NCBI GenBank assembly: GCA_027339965.1
Contig: DAHWNL010000010.1
Location: 1 to 23,364, forward strand
Direction of reading: 5' to 3'
Source of the DNA: Granulicella sp.
GTDB taxonomy: Bacteria > Acidobacteriota > Terriglobia > Terriglobales > Acidobacteriaceae
DNA: 23,364 nt
Part shown: positions 17,908 to 23,364 of the stretch, in pieces
Position numbering within the stretch: the first letter of the stretch is position 1
Layout: the number at the start of each line of letters is the position of its first letter
Translations under genes and position numbers: made by a program
Notes under the pieces: model-generated
What the model was told of the DNA's origin: nothing
The model's database searches: none
What the model saw: the letters and a program-made list of their open reading frames with translations, nothing else

Positions 17908-18606
17908 TTAATTCATGTAGCGATTCGTCTCGGAGGCAACCACGTCTGGTTGCGAGTCGCCAGCCTGGCTTCGGATCAAAAGAAATACGTCCAAAACGGA
18001 GGCAATACTGCGAATATTCCCCGCAACACTTACCAGCCCATCTTCCATGTCCGGATGTTTGTTCGCCAGGATCTCAATATGCTCGCTCACGCTCCTCAAT
18101 CGATCAACTTCCAGCAAAAGATCCCCAAAAACCGCCGCAATCACCAGTCGATCGATCCCTGAATCTGGCTTGTCTGCTGCCAACGCAGCCGGCGCAGCCC
18201 TGTCGTCGAACTGTAGACGTAGATCTTCTATCAAACGCAGCGTTGTTGCTTCGCCAAGAAAGGCAAGAAACAGCCCGAGCAACTGTTCAATCAGAACCAC
18301 CCCGGCCTCACCGTCCTCATCCGCTCCCATCCCGGATTCAACTTCGTCGAACCCGCGCAGTCCTCCATTTGCCGTTACCTGCACCGCGCTCAGCCGCGGA
18401 GATTCCGACTTGGCCAGAGCCAAAGCACGCGAGGCGAGCGCTTGAAAGCCATCAACACCCATCGTCGCCGCAAGTTGACGGCGCAGCCTCTCATAGACCC
18501 GCACCGTCGCAGGCTCCGCACGCAGAGATCTCGTAGCCGCGTCGACTTCGTGAGCAACCAGAGTTCGGGCCAATTCACGCGTTGTATGTGGAGGCATGGT
18601 GCCCAC
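17908..18606 (-). CDS. Hypothetical KaiC-associated protein A (paralogue of B plus helical C-terminal extension)
   Basis: YERLRR, GFQALASRA, LGLFLAFLGE shared with 17302-17757; extra ~100 aa amphipathic helical tail. Start 18606 (GTG) or 18597 (ATG). Confidence 0.8.
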   Translation of the reverse strand: MGTMPPHTTRELARTLVAHEVDAATRSLRAEPATVRVYERLRRQLAATMGVDGFQALASRALALAKSESPRLSAVQVTANGGLRGFDEVESGMGADEDGEAGVVLIEQLLGLFLAFLGEATTLRLIEDLRLQFDDRAAPAALAADKPDSGIDRLVIAAVFGDLLLEVDRLRSVSEHIEILANKHPDMEDGLVSVAGNIRSIASVLDVFLLIRSQAGDSQPDVVASETNRYMN

Positions 18607-18763
18607 CCCTTTCCATCGAGTCTACGCCATCATCTTGAGCGTAACGCTTTCACGATTCCGGCACGATCGCGGCAAATCTTCTGCCCGAAGACTCCCGCCG
18701 CCATCTGCTGGCGCCAACCTGGCGTCTCGCAACTCAAGACTACTCAAAACACCTTCACCAGAA

Positions 18764-18779
18764 TGAGCAAACAGATACA
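18764..18779 (-). promoter_or_regulatory. Putative Crp/Fnr-type box upstream of kaiC-like operon
   Basis: Minus strand TGTATCTGTTTGCTCA, 21 nt, then TAGTCT (18742-18737). Confidence 0.58.
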
Positions 18780-18943
18780 TTTCCGAAAAGACCATCTCCC
18801 GCTCCATCGAGCTTCCAGCGAACCTGCCAGGCACAAGCTTCTCCACTGGTCCCGCTTCAGGGGTAGGATGAGGATAGTGTCGGCGAACGTAGCATCTCTC
18901 CAATGGCCATCCGGCTCGGCTGCGATCGGAAGCGAGTACTACA

Positions 18944-19648
18944 ATGACTGCACTGCAACAGCATGAATTTGATACTGCCGCCTTCTTGATGAGCCCTGGT
19001 CTGGGGAAAAGCACCCTCCAGTTTGCCCCAAAGGAGGCGTTTTTCTCCCAGGGTGATCGTGCAGACTCGATCTTCTATCTTCACCAGGGGCGCGCCAAGG
19101 TCACTGTCGTCTCTGCAACCGGCAAGGAAGCTACCATCGCGCTCCTTTCCGCAGCTGACTTTGTTGGGGAAGAGGCGCTTGCCGCGATACCCGGACTGCG
19201 TCTGTCTACGGCTACCGCTATTACCGCCTGCACTGCTCTCAGAATCAGCCGCGAAGAGATGATCCGCGTGATGCATGTGGAGCGCAGCTTCTCAGATCTC
19301 TTTGTCCGGGCCCTGCTGGAGCGCAGTATGCGCACCCAGGCCGCGCTCGTCGATCAGCTCTTCAACTCCAGTGAGAAGCGCCTCGCGCGGATCCTGCTGC
19401 TGATGGCGGAATTGGGTCCACCGGGCGAACCGGATCAAGGCATTCCAAAAATATCCCAGGAGATGCTTGCGGAGATGATCGGAGCCACCCGCTCCAGAGT
19501 CAGCTTCTTCATGAACCGGTTTCGTCAACTCGGGTTTATCGAATATAACGGACGCATCAAAGTACATCGGTCGCTGTTGAATGCAGTCCTGCTCGATCAA
19601 TTCCCAGGTTCTTCTCCCGTGGGGAAGAAGCATTCATCTTGCGCCTGA
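18944..19648 (+). CDS. Crp/Fnr-family transcriptional regulator (paralogue 2)
   Basis: FFSQGDRADSIFYLHQG, ADFVGEE, HTH ISQEMLAEMIGATRSRVSFFMNRFR; closely similar to 6768-7478. Confidence 0.93.
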   Translation: MTALQQHEFDTAAFLMSPGLGKSTLQFAPKEAFFSQGDRADSIFYLHQGRAKVTVVSATGKEATIALLSAADFVGEEALAAIPGLRLSTATAITACTALRISREEMIRVMHVERSFSDLFVRALLERSMRTQAALVDQLFNSSEKRLARILLLMAELGPPGEPDQGIPKISQEMLAEMIGATRSRVSFFMNRFRQLGFIEYNGRIKVHRSLLNAVLLDQFPGSSPVGKKHSSCA

Positions 19649-20939
19649 AGAACTCAAAGCTCCGTCGCCCGTTCCTCTTGGCTAGGTACATGGCGGCATC
19701 GGCATTCTTGATCAGCGTCTCCGCATCCAGGCCGTCCTCGGGATAGACACTCACCCCGATGCTTGCCGTCACCCGAACATCGCGATCGTCCGCAACATGG
19801 ACCTCCGCTACCGCCTGCAACACCCTTTTGGCAGTCGAGCATGCATCTTCCGGCCCTTCCAGATCCTGCAGTAGGATCAGGAACTCATCGCCGCCCTGCC
19901 TGCTCACCGTGTCTGGCGCGCGCACGCAATCCAGCAATCGCTTCGCCACGGAGCGGAGAACTTCGTCGCCGGCTGCATGTCCCAGCGTGTCATTGATCTG
20001 CTTGAACCCATCCAGATCCAGGAACATGATGGCGGCTCGCCGCTGGCGGCGATGTGAAAGTGCAATCGCCTGACCGATCCGGTCACAAAAGAGCAATCGA
20101 TTCGGCAGCCCCGTCAAAGGATCATGTTCGGTCAAATGAATCAGATATTCCGCCTGCGCTCTCGCCGCGCTTACGTCGCGAAAGACAATCACCGCTCCTG
20201 TAACCCTCCCTTCAGGGTCGTGGATGGGAGCAACAGAATCCTCGATGAAGAACTCACGGCCGTCACGGTGGATCAGTACACAATTCAACGGCAAACTTCC
20301 CGCCAGATCCTCAACGGTCGCCTTCGCCATCGGATTCCGGATGGTATCGCGTGTCGCGGCGTCCACAATGCAAAAAACATCGGTCAGGGGCCGACCAACC
20401 GCCTCACTCAACGTCCAGCCCATCATCTTGCCCGCCACCGGGTTCAGAAACGTGATCTTTCCCGTTACGTCGGTGCTGATCACGGCATCTGCAATGCAGC
20501 TGAGTGTGGACTGGGCCAGGTCCCTTTCCCTGCTCACGGCCTCTTCCCGCATCTTGCGCTCCATCGCATGCTCCAGAAAGCCCATCAGTCGAAGTGGTTC
20601 CATCTGTTCCTTGAGGAGATAGTCTTGCGCTCCCTCGCGGAGGGCTTGGATTGCCTTCGGCTCATCGTCTTGCCTGGCCAGCAGCACAAAAGAGGCTTCA
20701 GGAGCCCTTCTGCGCGCCCACCCCACCGCCTCCGGCCCATAAAGCTCGAACAGTCCCAGATCGAGCAGAACAATGTCGACGAAGTGCTCTGCGAAATAGG
20801 CTTCCGCGTCCGTCAGACTCGCCACCGGGGTTAATGCAAAAGCGGATTCTCTTCTATCATTAAGCATCGCACGAATCGTGCGCGCCTCTTCGGGATCATC
20901 CTCGATCAACAGAACTGTCCTTGACGGCCTTTTTCTCAT
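19557..20939 (-). CDS. REC-PAS-GGDEF diguanylate cyclase
   Basis: REC (LLIEDD, DIVLLDLGL, QDYLLK), PAS (IADAVISTD...FLNPVA...GAVIVFRDVS), HDPLTGLPNR, FLDLDGFKQIND, I-site RAPD, SRQGGDEF; likely start ATG 20939. Confidence 0.9.
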   Translation of the reverse strand: MRKRPSRTVLLIEDDPEEARTIRAMLNDRRESAFALTPVASLTDAEAYFAEHFVDIVLLDLGLFELYGPEAVGWARRRAPEASFVLLARQDDEPKAIQALREGAQDYLLKEQMEPLRLMGFLEHAMERKMREEAVSRERDLAQSTLSCIADAVISTDVTGKITFLNPVAGKMMGWTLSEAVGRPLTDVFCIVDAATRDTIRNPMAKATVEDLAGSLPLNCVLIHRDGREFFIEDSVAPIHDPEGRVTGAVIVFRDVSAARAQAEYLIHLTEHDPLTGLPNRLLFCDRIGQAIALSHRRQRRAAIMFLDLDGFKQINDTLGHAAGDEVLRSVAKRLLDCVRAPDTVSRQGGDEFLILLQDLEGPEDACSTAKRVLQAVAEVHVADDRDVRVTASIGVSVYPEDGLDAETLIKNADAAMYLAKRNGRRSFEFFRRKMNASSPREKNLGIDRAGLHSTATDVL

Positions 20940-21061
20940 CGAATGTACCTGCTGGGAGCAAACCGATATCACTTGCTTGGAACCGATAGCTTCACAAAAC
21001 CTTCCCTGACGACATCCCTCACGAATAGATCGAAGCATTCCAAACCCCTCGCAACTTGGGC

Positions 21062-21077
21062 CGTTCTCTTCTGTACA
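21062..21077 (-). promoter_or_regulatory. Putative Crp/Fnr-type box upstream of diguanylate cyclase
   Basis: Minus strand TGTACAGAAGAGAACG(G), 22 nt, then AATGCT (21039-21034); matches the 6531 box at 13 of 17 positions. Confidence 0.5.
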
Positions 21078-21540
21078 CAGGAGGTTGCGCTTGGCAAGGA
21101 ATCGAGAGTCTTGCACACTCAAAGCATGTTGCGGAGCTCTTGGTCATGGAGCCCGTCAGATGGCGTGGCGGCAGTGTGGAGGGCGTTGTACCTCCGGCGA
21201 ATACCGCCGGATAATCCGGCATCACTGCCGCCGCCGTTGCGGTGTGTTTCATCACCAACCATATTTTTGCCCTGGAAGAAAAGCTGTGCAATTTTGCTCA
21301 CCGACTGTTCAGCCGAGAACTTGCCCCGTTGCCATGCTCCCGGACATCCACCTCATCCATAGGCATCAACGGGCAACGCCTGCTTTAATCGCTCGTCGGG
21401 AATCCCTGTCAGGTCGTCACTACGGTGCCGATCCATGCTTCGAGCTACAGCGCCCAGACCGGTGTTCTCAGGAAGAACCCCTTCCATGCCGCTACGCAAG
21501 ACCATCTGGGGTACGCCACCCGCCCAGGCGCCGCCAGATT

Positions 21541-22413
21541 CTACCTGGACGGCAGAACCGGCGCGCCGACTGCAACCGCCAACTTGCCGGCCTCTGCTTC
21601 CAGCTCCAGCAGCCGCTTCTTCCGCTCCACGCCCCAGCGATAGCCAGTGAGCCTTCCCTTCGCCCCAACCACTCGGTGGCAGGGAATCACCACCGCCAGC
21701 GGATTCGCTCCGCAGGCAGCGCCCACCGCGCGGACGGACCGCGGCGACCCAATCGTCGCGGCAATCTCAACGTAGGTCCGGGTCTCTCCCCGTGGAATCC
21801 GCATCAACGCCTGCCAGACACGCTGCTGAAACGCCGTAGCTCGAATATGGAAGGGAAGCGCACTGGCGGAGGGATGTTCGCTCAAATGTGAGAGCACCCA
21901 CTGCACCGCCTCACCAGGCAGCGCCTCGCCCCCGGCCGTGGCCGCGCGCAGCGCAGCCTGCGGAAAGCGCTGCCGCAGCTCGAAGATCAGCTCAGCGTCC
22001 GGCGATCCCATCCCACCCGCGCCGCCCTCCGCGCCCTCCGCAAACAGCACCGCGCACAGCCCACGCGCCGTAGCCGCAACCAGCAACCGCCCCAGCGGAC
22101 TCTCCGTGGTGCTGTAATGAATCGTCTCGCCCGCGCCGCCCGCCTTCATCGCGCTCGGCGACATGCCCAGCGACGCTCCCACTCCCTCATACAGCCGGCT
22201 CGGCGAGCCAAAACCGGCCTCGTACACCGCCTCGGTCACCGTCATCCTGGGCCTTCGAACCCCGCTGCGGAACCGTTCCCTGCGCTGCTCCCGGGCAAAC
22301 GCTGCGGGGGTCACTCCCAGCACCCGCTTGAAGCCGCGCTCGCCTCTCGTCTTCTCGTCTCGCATCGCTACCATGGGCGCAAGCCTGTCTTGCTCCTTAC
22401 CAGTATCCGTCAT
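21541..22413 (-). CDS. ada: Ada-like O6-methylguanine-DNA methyltransferase lacking the N-terminal Zn domain
   Basis: AraC-type remnant RGFKRVLGVTP...VTEAVYEAGFGSPSRLYE, then SPLGRLLVAAT, TAFQQRVW, IPRGETRTY, RAVGAACGANP, PCHRVV, GYRWG. No CRPSC/CxRC motifs. Start uncertain. Confidence 0.85.
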   Translation of the reverse strand: MTDTGKEQDRLAPMVAMRDEKTRGERGFKRVLGVTPAAFAREQRRERFRSGVRRPRMTVTEAVYEAGFGSPSRLYEGVGASLGMSPSAMKAGGAGETIHYSTTESPLGRLLVAATARGLCAVLFAEGAEGGAGGMGSPDAELIFELRQRFPQAALRAATAGGEALPGEAVQWVLSHLSEHPSASALPFHIRATAFQQRVWQALMRIPRGETRTYVEIAATIGSPRSVRAVGAACGANPLAVVIPCHRVVGAKGRLTGYRWGVERKKRLLELEAEAGKLAVAVGAPVLPSR

Positions 22414-22616
22414 CTCCCCATCGTCCATCCGTTGGCGGCTGTTTGCACTCCGGCAATTGCGTCGGAACTGGGACTGTCGCGGAAAACAGCGCTGCGGCTC
22501 CTCCCTCCACTGCCCGTACACCCAGGCGTCTTCCGCAGGAGCCTCCATCCCACCGTGCTCTCCCACGGACCTGAACCACCCCCCCATCGAAGCCTTTCCA
22601 CTCCCCAGGGCTGAGC

Positions 22617-22650
22617 CGCAAAAGCCCGCAGCAACGCAAAAGCCCGCAGC
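22617..22650. repeat. 16-bp direct repeat, period 18
   Basis: CGCAAAAGCCCGCAGC at 22617-22632 and 22635-22650. Confidence 0.85.
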
Positions 22651-22668
22651 CCGGCAGTCGTCGGCTGG

Positions 22669-22910
22669 CTACTCAGGCTGCGTGCCGCCGGCCGGACTCT
22701 CCGGTGCGGCTGCCGCCTTGCCGTCAAACATGCCGTAGCGCCACAGCATCACAACCCACACCACAACGCCGCAGACAAACAGGCCTAGAAACAGAGCCAG
22801 CACAGAGGTCTGCGTCTGCACGGGTATCTTGCTGGGGTCGTAGTAGGGCTTCAGGTAGGCGTCGCGGAGGATATCGCGCATGATGCTCATGGCCACGATC
22901 ACGGAGGCCG
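22669..22910 (-). pseudogene. C-terminal remnant of a membrane protein
   Basis: SVIVAMSIMRDILRDAYLKPYY...QTSVLALFLGLFVCGVVVWVVMLWRYG has coding-like codon use and a TM helix, but no credible N-terminal part; it abuts transposon debris. Confidence 0.55.
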
Positions 22911-23020
22911 CACGGTCCACATCGGCTACCGTTGGCAAAACAATATCGCGCACCTCCCGCAGACCAGCATCGCGCACAGGCAAGAGCAGCGCCCAAAGGC
23001 GAGCGGCCTTTGTGGAACTG

Positions 23021-23364
23021 ACGCCGTTGGCGGCTATGGTGTATTCACTTCAACAGTTACGCAGCAATGCTTGCGGTCAGATCTTCACCGCCCAGGCGCC
23101 CGAGGGCGTAGGTGAAGAGAAGCACGACGCGACCGCCGCGGCCATGATCGCGCAGATGAAGTATGGCTCGGGCGTGCCCTTCCATCAAGAACACAGCCGT
23201 GCCGTCATGGAATCGCTGCACGCCTGGATGAAGACACAGCTCGATGAGCATCTCACCGAGCCGAACTCGGGTCTGGGGCAAGCCATCCAGTACATGCGCC
23301 GCCACTGGTCTGCGCTGACCCTGTTTCTACGTCAGCCGCGTGCTCCATTGGATAACACGATCGT
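23021..23364 (+). mobile_element. tnpC: IS66-family transposase fragment, 5'-truncated, internally deleted, running off the window
   Basis: Hand translation (frame of ATG 23036): PLAAMVYSLQQLRSNACGQIFTAQAPEGVGEEKHDATAAAMIAQMKYGSGVPF|HQEHSRAVMESLHAWMKTQLDEHLTEPNSGLGQAIQYMRRHWSALTLFLRQPRAPLDNTI. Absent from the ORF track because it has no stop. Confidence 0.85.

Noticed and set aside
17574..18536. 320-aa plus-strand ORF
   Set aside because: Antisense to the two mutually homologous KaiC-associated genes.
22929..23031. 8-bp direct repeat CCGTTGGC (22929-22936, 23024-23031) as a target-site duplication
   Set aside because: The enclosed 87 nt has no terminal inverted repeats and an 8-mer match in GC-rich DNA can be chance; origin of this segment unresolved.
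23057..23305. 82-aa minus-strand ORF
   Set aside because: Antisense to the IS66 transposase fragment.

Overview
Bacterial DNA, most likely Acidobacteriota (Terriglobales-like protein families; inference, no search run). The left edge is the 3' part of an IS630 element inserted into a frameshifted LacI-family gene. The right edge holds an Ada-like methyltransferase lacking its Zn domain, a membrane-protein remnant and an internally deleted IS66 transposase fragment. Between them lies a ~20 kb stress/signalling cluster: csbD, a GH13 alpha-amylase, a DUF3494 ice-binding protein with PEP-CTERM, two tiny membrane proteins, a SYLF protein, two paralogous Crp/Fnr regulators, an atypical receiver/Zn-ribbon protein, a GT4-fusion + GH130 pair, an OmpA-domain protein, a double-domain KaiC-like ATPase preceded by two paralogous unknown proteins (no kaiA/kaiB), and a REC-PAS-GGDEF diguanylate cyclase. 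The most striking unannotated signal is seven intergenic TGTRY-N8-WCR boxes (CRP-like spacing), each followed 21-22 nt later by an xAxxxT -10 hexamer. This is class II Crp/Fnr promoter geometry and suggests the cluster is a regulon of its own Crp paralogues. No rRNA, tRNA or CRISPR array was seen.
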